From Nemertoderma westbladi (taxonomy: Eukaryota; Animalia; Xenacoelomorpha), in NCBI GenBank assembly GCA_032718475.1, contig JAUCBJ010008295.1:62001-126000 (forward strand): a stretch of DNA of 64,000 bases, given 5' to 3'. Below, piece by piece: positions 1 to 11,105 of this stretch. Under the pieces are notes generated by a model. It saw only the letters and a program-made list of their open reading frames with translations. It did no database searches and was not told the DNA's origin. How positions within the stretch are numbered: the stretch's first letter is position 1; every line of letters starts with the position of its first letter. The translations under genes were made by a program, and so were the position numbers.

Positions 1-1
1 C

Positions 2-1321
2 CCTTCCACCCCAGTCTGTAATAATATAACTACCTCAGTAACTTATAATACTAAACTAGCACCAAACACTACACCTAACCCCGTTTTCTCAGATCCAATA
101 ATAACGACCCCAATATCTAACCTTACACCTCCTGATTCCAACATCAATATTCCAGAAACCATCCTATCTATCTCAGATCCTAATAGAACCATAACTAACG
201 AAACTACCTCAACCTCGGATCCAAACATAACCCCCCCAGACGATAATACAACTTACCCTATTCCATTCTACAAACGGTTTGTTGACGACAGCTATGGTAT
301 AGTACAACGTATATTAAGTGAACAGGACATTCACAACATACAGAAAATCACTAACTCCTCTTGTAACGACTTATTCCAAAACTCTGATATACAATTCACC
401 ATTGAATACTCCCACACATCACTCCCATTCCTTGACGTCTTGACACAGATTAACAACGAAACACTAACAACTACATTATACAAAAAACCAACTAGCAATA
501 AACTCCCGATTCACTACAATAGCTTCCATGATAAGAAATTACTACTATCCGTAATTCGCAGCCAACTCCTACGCATCCACCGCAGATGTAGCGAGTCTAA
601 CGACTATACCAAACTCAGAGACGAATTCCTTGGCGAATGTCTACTCAGGCAGTACCCCCAGAACCTCCTTAACAAACTTAGACATTGGACTCCCCAAACT
701 AGACCTAAAGACACTAACTCGAAACCCACATTTTACCTATCCACTAACCAACAGATGAAGGGCATATTCCAAAATACTGTACGTAGATACTCCAAAAACT
801 ACGACCTTGACATCAACATTAATGTAGTCACGAAGAATCCCACATCACTAGGACAAATACTAACCAAAAATAAAACTCAATCGCAAACACACACAAATAA
901 CACCACTAATGAGCCATGTAACTCTAGCCGCTGCCTTACATGCAAAACTATCACTAACATACAACAGACACCATGGGGTGAAAAGATAAAAGGACACTAT
1001 ACATGTAAGTCCCACACTGTATGTTACTTGGCCTGGTGCCACTGCCACCCTACTCTATACTACATAGGCCAAACGAGACAGAAACTTCACGAACGCTTTA
1101 ATGGACACCGCAACAACATACGACACTACCCCTCACGAGCCAATGACGGAAAAACACACGAAGACATACTCCTAGCTAGGCACATATACGGTTGTGGTTT
1201 AGAAAATCTACGCACCGCAACCATAAAACAATTCACAAACATACCCGAACTACTAGCGACGGAAGCTAACCTAATCTATACCTACAACCCCCCACTTAAC
1301 GTAGCAAGACCAGCAATCTAA
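2..1321 (+). mobile_element. Penelope-like retroelement ORF (RT C-terminal half + GIY-YIG endonuclease), 5' end outside the window
   Basis: Frame 2 is open from base 2 into ORF 440-1321. It contains FYKRFVDD (278-289), LPFLDV, TTLYKKPT, a Cys linker CNSSRCLTC...YTC, and GIY-YIG-like VCYLAWC...YYIGQT...ERFNGH...E...YNPPLN. Confidence 0.92.
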
Positions 1322-1816
1322 ACCCAACGTTTTATATAATACAACCTATATTCTATATCTTACACAACTACAGTGCCCTTATAGCGAATTTCAGGGGTTT
1401 TTTATGTGCTTTTCCCCTACCTTCATTTTTGTTTTTGTCTTAGTTTTTCTGTTTCTTGTGATTTCTTACTCTGTAAAAATTACAGCTATCACTATGATGC
1501 GTTTTAAGTAGATACCTCATAATCCTATGTAACCTACCTAATCCAATTGTACCATTCAGTATGTAGACACATGACCACTCCTGGGATTTCCCTATCAACT
1601 TCTCCCAACCTTATAACCCAACCTGCAACCCTATATTTGTACTTTAGATTGACAGCTTACAACCAACTCGGTGTACTTTCCCTATCACAATTACCTTACG
1701 TTATATATTACATACATACACGTTAACCTTTCTGGGATTTACCTATCAGGTATTCATTCCCCTTTAAAACTTATATATATATATATAGACCCCCACCTTT
1801 TCCTGTTAGTTGCCAG

Positions 1817-1863
1817 TACATAGTCTGATGCAGACCGGTAGGTCGAAAACGTTTACTATTGTA
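1817..1863 (+). ncRNA. Minimal type I hammerhead ribozyme (PLE-associated)
   Basis: Stem I TACATAGT/ACTATTGTA, core CTGATG(C)A, stem II GACC-GGTA-GGTC, GAA, palindromic stem III AACGTT followed by T. It lies about 500 bp downstream of the PLE ORF, where such ribozymes are known. Confidence 0.75.
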
Positions 1864-2039
1864 TCTTTATCTAATATAATATAACCAGCTAAAGACCCTC
1901 TATACTTTATTTTTTCTATCATCTTTACACGATTTAAATAACGGCTATAGCGTACAAACCTATGGTATGAAATGGACGTGGTGTCCTGTGTGCTCTGCAG
2001 ACATCCTACAGTGCACATGGAGCATTTACACACACAGGG

Positions 2040-2041
2040 AG

Positions 2042-2079
<38 letters not shown>
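2040..2079. repeat. (GA)n microsatellite
   Basis: Directly visible. Confidence 0.95.
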
Positions 2080-2081
<2 letters not shown>

Positions 2082-2182
2082 CTGCTTGATTGACACACGG
2101 CTCAGTGGGAATCTAGACTTTGAAGTGCAGCGCCTTTGGTAGAACTCAATGGCAGGATTTATAAGCCTGGTACATTTCAATA

Positions 2183-2235
2183 TTTGATCAAACTTTGATC
2201 AATGTTTGATCACAGTTTGATCAATGTTTGATCAA
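2183..2235. repeat. Short tandem repeat of TTTGATCA-containing units
   Basis: About 5 copies of TTTGATCA(A) at 11-12 bp spacing. Confidence 0.8.
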
Positions 2236-2439
2236 AGGAATGCTTTTTCAGAGATTTGTAATAATAGTTCGTTGATTCAATAGAACTCCTGGAGGAGGTA
2301 ATTCTCGTGCATACTGAACACAGTAACAAGCTTTATATATTGTATCATCATTAATTAATACCATGTCTCTTTTGCTCATCTACTAACCAATAAATCATTT
2401 GTATGTTTAAGATTGTATATATTTATAAACCCTTTCGAT

Positions 2440-4113
2440 GTAACTCATATTAATTGGTACTTGTTAATTCCTATGTAACTCATTAATTCATATGTAACTC
2501 ATTAACTCCTACGTAAACTAATTAACTCTATATAACTTTACTCATTAATTCATATGTAACTCATTAACTCTGTGTAACTAATTAACTCCTATATAAATAA
2601 TTAACTCCAATATAACTCATTATATCCTATGTACCTGATTAACTCTATGTAACTAATTAACTCAAGTGTAACTCATTACATCCAATGTAACTCATTACAT
2701 CCAATGTAACTCATTACATCCAATATAACTCATTAACTTATATGTAACTCATTATCTCCTATGTAACTAATTACCTCCTATGTAACTCATTAACTCCTAC
2801 GTAACTAATTAACTCTATGTAACTCGACTCATTAATTCATATGTAACTCATTAACTCTGTGTAACTCTTTACATCCAATATAACTCATTAACTTATATGC
2901 AACTAATTAACTCCCATATAACTAATTACCTCCTATATAACTCATTATCTCCTATGTACCTGATTACCTCCTATGTAACTCATTAACTCCTATATAACTC
3001 ATTAACTCTATGTAACTAATTAATTCAAATGTAATTCATTAACTTTGTGTAAATCATTACATCCTATGTAACTCATTAACTCATTGACTCCCATGTAACT
3101 CATTAAATCCTATGTAACTGATTAACTCATTGACTCCCATGTAACTCATTAACTCCTATATAACTGATTAACTCATTGACTCCCATGTAACTCATTAACT
3201 CCTATGTAACTGATTAACTCATTGACTCCCATGTAACTCATTAAATCCTATGTAACTGATTAACTCATTGACTCCCATGTAACTCATTAACTCCTATGTA
3301 ACTGATTAACTCATTGACTCCCATGTAACTCATTAACTCCTATGTAACTGATTAACTCATTGACTCACATGTAACTCATTAACTCCTATGTAACTAATTA
3401 CCTCCTATGTAACTCATTAACTCCTATATAACTCATTAACTCTATGTAACTAATTAATTCAAATGTAATTCATTAACTTTGTGTAACCCATTACATCCTA
3501 TGTAACTCATTAACTCATTGACTCCCATGTAACTCATTAACTCCTATGTAACTGATTAACTCATTGACTCCCATGTAACTCATTAACTCCTATGTAACTG
3601 ATTAACTCATTGACTCACATGTAACTCATAAACTCCTATGTAACTGATTAACTGATTAACTCATTGACTCCCATGTATCTCATTAACTCCTATGTAACTG
3701 ATTAACTCATTAACTCCCATGTAACTCATTAACTCCTATGTAACTGATTAACTCATTGACTCCCATGTAACTCATTAACTCCTATGTAACTGATTAACTC
3801 ATTAACTCCCATGTAACTCATTAACTCCTATGTAACTGATTAACTCATTGACTCCCATGTATCTCATTAACTCCTATGTAACTGATTAACTCATTGACTC
3901 CTATGTAACTGATTAACTCATTGACTCCTATGTAACTCATTAACTCCTATGTAACTGATTAACTCATTGACTCCCATGTATCTCATTAACTCCTATGTAA
4001 CTGATTAACTCATTGACTCACATGTAACTCATTAACTCCTATGTAACTGATTAACTATTGTGTAACTCATTAACTCCTATGTAACTGATTAACTTATTAC
4101 CTCCTTTGTAACT
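2440..4113. repeat. AT-rich minisatellite, core TAACTCATTAACTCCTATG (~19 bp) with compound higher-order units
   Basis: Dozens of degenerate copies. From about 3070 a longer unit containing TAACTGATTAACTCATTGACTCCCATG recurs. Confidence 0.95.
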
Positions 4114-4626
4114 GCACCAAGCTCTCCCGTCCTCCACAATCCCCATTATCGTATATATTCCCTACGAGAGCCGGAGTAATAAACTGGTGTGGTTCAAACT
4201 ATAGGTAGAAACAAACTGCCAAGAGATCCTCCACTGCCTAGGTGTTCCAGTAACTGCACCAATGCAATCATAGCCAAAAATGTTCATTGATTAAAGTTAA
4301 ATTCAAAGCTGAATATAAGGTTCGCCAGAAGTTGAGATAACATACTATACAGTAACCATAATAAACCTATACATTGGTTGCTACAAACACATACCATAAT
4401 ATTATTAATAAAAACTGCTCGTTAATTATATTCATTTTCTTTTATGGCTAAGCAGTATGGAATAAAAATGGCGAACGTGTGATTAACGCCAGTCGAAGGC
4501 GAATTTGATTATTCATCGCTAAAATTGGCAGTCTATGTTCCCTTCGGGTCGCCTCGTCTCAGGCTTTGGGCCAATTGTTTGTTTGATTGATTTGCTTGAT
4601 AATATGCCATTCAGCTGCTCATTTAA

Positions 4627-4858
4627 GCAAAAAGCAAACAGTCGGCCGAAGCCGGAGGTGACCTGAAGGCTCCTCTTTCGATAGCTGCTACCCGAGGGTA
4701 GGGGTCGGCGCTACTCTTATCCCAAGATTTGCTCCCAGTTATTTAACTGGTACTCATTTTATCGACCCCAGTGGATGAAAGGCTGAGTGGACCCTGGCGG
4801 GGCTGAACCTACAACCAACAGATTGCAGGCCCGACGCTCAACCAACTGAGCTACCCCA
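4627..4858 (-). mobile_element. tRNA-derived SINE, full length, with 12-bp TSD
   Basis: The minus strand begins GGGGTAGCTCAGTTGGTTGAGCG (A box)...GGTTCAGCCCC (B-box-like), then CTCAGCCTTTCATCCACTGGGGTCGATAAAATGAGTACC. Flanking direct repeat CTGCTCATTTAA at 4615-4626 and 4859-4870. Confidence 0.85.
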
Positions 4859-4904
4859 CTGCTCATTTAACTTTAAGTAATTCACTCAACACAGGACAGA
4901 TTTA

Positions 4905-5810
4905 TCAAGCAGTTTGTACTGAACCCAAAACTTCGTTGGAACCATTTTCTATAATCTTCTTAACCCGCTGGCGAAATGATTTACTCATGAACACAAAGAC
5001 TAGAGGGTTTATACTGAGGTTAATGAGTAGCAATAGGAACATCCAGAATGGTGTAGAGGCGTCTGTGACTACCATCCCGTAAATATTGTCTACCACGTTT
5101 GGTGTCCAACATACGAAGTAAGTAATTCCACACACTATAACTGTGAATACCAAGTTTCGTTCCCTGATGGTGGAGGTGGCGACCCCTAGCGGTGCGACGC
5201 GGTTCCGCAAACGGCGCATCCATCTGTAAATAGCGCCGTAGCAAGCGCACATAATACACAGAGGCACAACCCAGTCATCAGTTATATAAAATATGTTGAC
5301 TGCTGTTGTGTAAGAGTAGCTGCTAACATCCAATATGCACTTGTTTTCTTGAGTTACGTTTATAATAGAGTATAGAAATAATTCTTGCGCATTTCCATAA
5401 ATCCAAGCAAACGCTAAAATTGGCACATATACAGCCTTCCCGTTGCTATGGTTACGATGCTTGATAGGATGGCACACGCTAGACCACCTATCCATGTACA
5501 ATAGGTTAAGACTCCAGACAGATGTTTATATGATGCCCCACATTGGAAGACTGCTCCACCACAGCAGGCAGTAGGTGTAGTTACCTGGGTAACCAATGGG
5601 TGTTCGAGTTTTACCTTCTATGCTACTCACTGCAAATATTAATCCGGCCAGCAGGTTTGCCACTGATTGGTTAATCATTATACGATCGGATAACAGATAG
5701 GGAATCTTGGATAGCCAATATATAAATAGGTTAAAACCGTTTATCACCACTGCTAAACAACCAATCAAAGTGTAGATCACAATAATTACAATATTGTCAA
5801 AATCCATATC
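4905..5810 (-). pseudogene. Single-exon rhodopsin-like (class A) GPCR with an in-frame premature stop
   Basis: ORFs 5822-5526 and 5501-4905 share a frame and are separated by TAA (WGII*TSVWSLNLLYMDRW). Hydrophobic helices and the motifs DRW..VCHP, CWTP and NPLVF are present. Probable ATG at 5810. Confidence 0.85.
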
Positions 5811-6549
5811 GATGAACAACAATATTGAAATTACGAAACATTGAAATTAAGAAGCATAAAAATGAATAACAATTGCAACTTGAAAATTTAACATTTATTA
5901 TTATATTACTATTACTGTTAGAAGTTCAGTTGAAAGATTGTATATTATTAAGAGAGGATAAGGCCAACACCCACTGTAACATTAACCCGCGGTAGTAGTT
6001 GAGTGTGGCAATAAATAATAAGAAATATTAATAACAACGCATCAGTACCTTGGTTTGGTATGAATTGAGTAGTCCGTTAATACCCACCCGTAATAGCGGG
6101 GGATTTGTTGTTATCACTCCACAACACAAACTTGCAAGGATGTTTTCCCACAAGCTTTATATTAGAGTTGTGTATACTACTTAACTTTAAACCATTTTAC
6201 TCGACTTAGCATAGTGTTTTGCTGTTATTTTACCATAGCTTCCGATCTTATACCCATTGGTTTGATTATGGCCTGTTTCTCTTCTATCTTTGTGCAATAC
6301 ACAATGAAATGTAATGGAGGTTGCATTTTGTATTCTGCTACTGCTCTGCAGGTGCTGCCGTAGATTTCGCATTGTAACCTCATCAACTTCCTTTAAGAGT
6401 TGCTCCATAAGTGAGTTAGTTAAAATAAATTTAATCACTGAGTTTAATGAACGATTTTAAAGATCATGGGAAGTTAGCTGGATGGCTGATCCTGATAGAG
6501 GCTGTGCACAATTGATTATATACGTAATTGAATGCTCCAGGTGTATATT

Positions 6550-7166
6550 CAATGCACAATACACGTTGCGGCTAAGTCAACAATGTACAATACATGTTGC
6601 GGCTAAGTCAGCAATCACAATACATGTTACGGCTAAGTCAACAATGCACAATACACGTTACGGCTAAGTCAGCAATGTACAATACACGCTACGGCTAAGT
6701 CAGCAATGCACAATACACGTTACGGCTAAGTCAGAAATACACAATACACGTTACGGCTAAGTCAGCAATCACAATACACGTTACGGCTAAGTCAGCAATG
6801 CACAATACACGTTACTGCTAAGTCAGCAATCACAATACACGTTACGGCTAAGTCAGCAATGTCCAATACACGTTACGGCTAAGTCAGCAATGTACAATAC
6901 ACGTTACGGCTAAGTCAGCAATGCACAATACACGTTACCGATAAGTCAGCAATGCACAATACACGTTACGGCTAAGTCAGCAATGTACAATACACGTTAC
7001 GGCTAAGTTAGCAATGCACAATACACGTTACGGATAAGTCAGCAATGCACAATACACGTTACGGCTAAGTCAGCAATGTACAATACACGTTACGGCTAAG
7101 TTAGCAATGCACAATACACGTTACGGATAAGTCAGCAATGCACAATACACGTTACGGATAAGTCAG
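6550..7166. repeat. 30-31-bp minisatellite (ACAATACACGTTACGGCTAAGTCAGCAATGC), about 20 copies
   Basis: Head-to-tail copies without unique spacers. Confidence 0.95.
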
Positions 7167-8415
7167 GTTTGACATTATGATGAATATTATCATCAATAAT
7201 GCGATTGATGCCCATCTATCATCATTGATAAATCATATATAACTTGACATTTAGCCATCGTCGAGAGATCGGTTGTGACTGATCAAACATCGCTAGCGTA
7301 TAATTACTTTACGACTTATAATCTAGAAATAGGTACAACACCTGTAATTGCTATCATCCATACACTATGTAACCGCTGGTGAATGAGAGCCTACCACTTC
7401 ATCCGTTCGTTTCCTATGGATTACAGATGTAAAAGACCTGCCGTATAAAGTTATACATTTTGTACATCCTGTTTTACTTACGTATTTACTTAACATAATA
7501 TTACCATATACGAATAAAAAAAACTACAGCTAAAAGCGATGGAATATTACAAGTATTTCATTGCAGCTAAACTTATAATGCAATACATCATAGCATTGAG
7601 ACATTGTTTTAAAGGCATAGTTTGTTTGTCTCCAGCTGATGTCAGCAATACATACACAAAAAACATGTATAGTGTACACAGATGCCGCTATCCTCAATCA
7701 TGTCAGCTTTGAATCAGGGGGATTATGTTTCAACTATATTAGTTACAGTTTTAAATCATTGTAAAGATCTCGTCTAAAGCTGGTTTTACTTAGCGACTAA
7801 ATTCAGATAGGGGGGAGGGGAAACTGGACGCAATAAAAATTAATCCCTCTCCAGGGGAAATTCGACGCAAATAACAGTTGATTACTCTCAAAAATAAAAT
7901 TGTCACCTGTTCTATTGCGTTTAGTTTATTGTTTTGGTTAAAATAACGTGCCACTGTAACCTGCTCCTTTCCCTAAATTGAGAATTTAACATTGAGGCGG
8001 GATATTAATTCGCCAAGATGGTATTGCCGTCCAGCCCACCCCCCCCCCCCCCCCCCCCCCCTACCCCCCCATGTCTCACTAAATGTCCCCTCTACTGTGA
8101 TATGTTATCCCTCTGAGTTACAATGTGTTGCTTAACACTAAGGTCGTTAACTACTGTTAAAACTTGGCGATTAAATAGATAGCTACATTACACGCCGTAA
8201 AGTGAATTGCCACACGTTTTATGTTACGCTACCGTAAAGTAACATAAATATTTTATTTTTTGTTTAATTACTTTATTACTTTTGCAGAATATTTCAAAAT
8301 TATTATTCCTTATAATAATTTATTGTAACTTTATCGCTCATACTTTTGTAATTTTAGCTCGATTTCTGACCAACCTGCTTCTTTTACACAATACTTTTCA
8401 ACCAATAAAGAGCGT

Positions 8416-8960
8416 GTGGGAAGGGATTCAAGCAGCCATGAACGTTGGATATTGTGTTGGGTGGGAAGGGATTCAAGCAGCCATGAACGTTGGTTATTGT
8501 GTTGGGTGGGAAAGGATTCAAGCAGCCATGAACGTTGGTTATTGTGATGGGTGGGAAGGGATTCAAGCAGCCATGAACTTTGGTTATTGTGATGGGTGGG
8601 AAAGGATTCAAGCAGCCATGAACGTTGGTTTTTGTGTTGGGTGGGAAGGGATTCAAGCAGCCATTAACGTTGGTTATTGTGATGGGTGGGGAGGGAATTC
8701 AAGCAGCCATGAACGTTGGTTATTGTGTTGAGTGGGGAGGGATTCAAGCAGCCATGAACGTTGGTTATTGTGTTGGGTGGGAAGGGATTCAAGCAGCCAT
8801 GAACGTTGGTTATTGTGTTGAGTTGGAAGGGATTCAAGCAGCCATGAACGTTGGTTATTGTGATGGGTGGGAAGGGATTCAAGCAGCCATGAACGGTGGT
8901 TATTGTGTTGAGTGGGGAGGTATTCAAGCAGCCATGAACGTTGGTTATTGTGTTGAGTTG
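8416..8960. repeat. 45-bp satellite, left part (about 12 copies)
   Basis: Unit TGGGAAGGGATTCAAGCAGCCATGAACGTTGGTTATTGTGWTGRG. It is interrupted at 8961 by an LTR. Confidence 0.97.
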
Positions 8961-10161
8961 TGTAAAAGCCTTTGCTGAATTGCCCCGTTATTTTTATTAT
9001 CTTTTACATTAAAATACTCTGTAGTTGATTTAATAGGTGTAAGAGACCGTATTATTGCTGTATCGGTGTTTTTTAGAGGATCTAAGACCTATTTCCTCTG
9101 TATGTGTACTGTGAAAGGCATAGTTGATGATTCTATGGCAATTCCATGACGCAAAGGGTGATAGCTACTCTTGAACAGTAGTTACTATGACTACGGTTAA
9201 CAGCTGATATTCATACGTGTTGATTTTCTTTGTTCTACGGCGTCTCTCAGTTCAGTCAGCCAATCAGAGCATTTTTATGGCTCTTGTAGAGAAATTTCCT
9301 AGAAATCACGTAATGCTTTATGTGCAGTGTTTACATTCTGTCCTGAGCCAGGAGAGAGCGGCTTGGAAATATTTTGTGCTGTTCTGTTTTTAGCCTAACA
9401 CTAGTAGGCTTAATTATAAGGACATATATCCGTTATCTCAACTCAAATCATAACATACCATACCTAATCAAACACTGTGCATACTTTATATTGTTATACT
9501 GCTATTTACTGTCGGTCCTTCATAATATGGTTGATGAATTATTATATTTGGAATAACGATAAATAACCCCGAAACCCAATATTCTTGATATACCGAAGGT
9601 AAGAGAGAAAGGTTATATATAACGATTGTGACTTATGTTGAAGTGGTTTGAAGTGAATCTAATGTTATTTGATAGACCCTACATGAGTCGGTCCGTGTTC
9701 CTTTTATATGTGACTAAAATCAGTGAAGATCGGCAGATTAGTCTGCAGTATTGTGCAGCATTGTGTATGAGTGAGACTGATAACGAAGCATTTCCTAAAG
9801 AATGAGCCATATATGTGAATTATAACTAAGCCATATCGTTGTGAGTAGTTTAAGTCATAACTCTGTTTATATAGATAGAGCGCCACGTCCTAAAGGAACT
9901 GTTAATATTTCCCGAAGGTGAATAATATTGTCAGAGATTATATAATACTGTCAGTCGAATAATACATTAGGCTTACATAGCAATAAGATTAAGCCGTCGA
10001 ACCCAATCTCCCGGGTATATCCAGCGGGTGAATGATCGCGCACAGATTGGTTTCGACTAGTGTAGTGAATCAAATACTTGTCATAGGCTAAAAGTGATTT
10101 ATTATCTAAAAGACATCCTAATTTGGCGGGTTAAACTGCCAAAGGTCTGAAAGCGCGAACA
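8961..10161 (+). repeat. 5' LTR of element A (1201 bp)
   Basis: TGTAAAAGCC...GCGCGAACA. It matches 23725-24089 + 36121-36961, with about 5 substitutions seen by eye. Confidence 0.96.
9258..9436 (+). promoter_or_regulatory. Putative LTR promoter and start region (CCAAT box, conserved TAGTAGGCTTAA(A)TTATA block, candidate +1 near 9425-9426)
   Basis: AGCCAATCAGAGC at 9258-9270 is conserved in B (35794-35806, minus) although the rest of U3 has diverged. The conserved block lies directly upstream of the PBS-complementary 11-mer. The start site is inferred. Confidence 0.5.
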
Positions 10162-10173
10162 ATAACGGATATA
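10162..10173 (+). other. Non-tRNA primer-binding site of element A, complementary to its own LTR
   Basis: ATAACGGATATA is the reverse complement of TATATCCGTTAT at 9425-9436. There is no TGG next to the LTR. Confidence 0.8.
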
Positions 10174-10529
10174 GCTTCTTTATTGCAGTAAGCAATAAAG
10201 TTGAAAGTACCGGTCAACCGGTAAACCTGAACGGTACATCTGTAGGTCAGTAGGCCCAACTGCCAGAACCGGTACTGCCATAGGTCCGTAGGTCCAACTG
10301 CCAGAACCGGTACTTCTGTAGGTCCGTAGGCCCAACTGTCCTAACCGGTACTTCCAGTATAAGTACATTAGTATTATTCGAATTTGATAATTATATACCG
10401 GTAGGTCTTAGTACTTAATCAGGGAACGGCCGCCCTGGTTTTTTATTGAGATTTTTACTTATTTCTGTCAAGTTTTATTTGTTTGTAGGCCAGTATTGAA
10501 CAGAAGGCGTGTAAGCCTGATCAGATTGT

Positions 10530-11105
10530 ACAGACAATTTGTAGGCTGAGCTGTTGTCTGATTGTTGTTAAGTCTGAACGGATTGCAGTGTGTGTAGATC
10601 ATCTGTCCGATAAAGAACGGTTAGGAAGTAGGGGCAGCCAATGCTGTAAGGTAAACCCCCAACTAAAGAATAAGTCGTACTACTGGGTTAGAACGCATAC
10701 TACCTAATCATTTCGGAGTCTGCATGTCCTGTAGTTTATTTAGGCTTGAGAGTAGTCTGCCATCGTTTAGTCTGTACTTTGTTTGTGTAAGTCTGTACGG
10801 GTAGCGTATAATATTTATTTAGATAATTTGTAGGCTGGATAGTTGTCTGGCTGTTATTAGGTCTGAACGGATTGCAGTGTGTGTAGAGCCTCTGTCCGAT
10901 AAAGAACGGTTAGGAAGTAGGGGCAGCCAATGCTGTAAGGTAAACCCCCAACTAAAGAATAAGTCGTACTACTGGGTTAGAACGCATACTACCTAATCAT
11001 TTCGGAGTCTGCATGAGCTGTAGTTTATTTAGGCTTGATAGTAGCCTGTCAGTATTTGGTCTGCATTTTGTTTGAGTGGTTTGTACGCGTAGCGTAATAT
11101 TTATT
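10530..11105 (+). repeat. Tandem duplication (about 290 bp) in the 5' leader of element A
   Basis: The block GTCTGAACGGATTGCAGTG...GGAGTCTGCATG occurs at about 10572 and 10861. A counterpart duplication is present in B at about 33940-34500. Confidence 0.85.

Noticed and set aside
6550-7166. 31-bp repeats as a CRISPR array
   Set aside because: No unique spacers, no cas genes, and a eukaryotic context; this is a minisatellite.
10162-10200. Canonical tRNA primer-binding site
   Set aside because: No TGG near the LTR end in either element; the sequence instead complements the LTR.
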